Shown here piece by piece: positions 63,950 to 64,000 of a DNA stretch of 64,000 nt (positions are counted from its first letter, which is position 1; each line of letters starts with the position of its first letter). The stretch spans positions 93,992,001 to 94,056,000 of the forward strand of contig OX597814.1 of NCBI GenBank assembly GCA_951406725.2, read 5' to 3'. The translations under genes and the position numbers were made by a program. The DNA is from Octopus vulgaris. Lineage: Eukaryota. The notes under the pieces are model-generated. The model saw nothing but the letters and a program-made list of their open reading frames with translations. It did no database searches and was not told the DNA's origin.

Positions 63950-64000
63950 GGTGGTGGTAGTAGTAGTGGTGGTGGTGGTAACAGTAGAAGTGGTAATGAT

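Overview
AT-rich, microsatellite-saturated eukaryotic DNA, intergenic or intronic. The SINE and repeat families look like those I recall from coleoid cephalopods, probably Octopus; this is inference and has not been searched. No host protein-coding gene, rRNA, true tRNA or CRISPR array can be supported, and most ORFs in the supplied track are microsatellite read-throughs. The window is a transposon graveyard. It contains R4/Dong-clade RLE retrotransposons (a tandem cluster in (TAA)n and one near-full-length copy), two RTE fragments, several Penelope-like elements (PLEs), four Tc1/mariner elements, a piggyBac, a Merlin derivative with TIRs and an 8-bp TSD, MITE/foldback palindromes, and at least five tRNA-derived SINE families. 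The most interesting signal is RNA-level. Several short non-coding repeat families carry type I minimal hammerhead ribozyme motifs, and two-copy consensuses suggest all three Watson-Crick versions of the 3:8 core pair (C3-G8, G3-C8, U3-A8). There is also a compact closed structure at the 5' end of an RTE element, a directly visible SINE/LINE partner pair, and multimeric SINEs bounded by a single TSD. All alignments and folds were done by eye.
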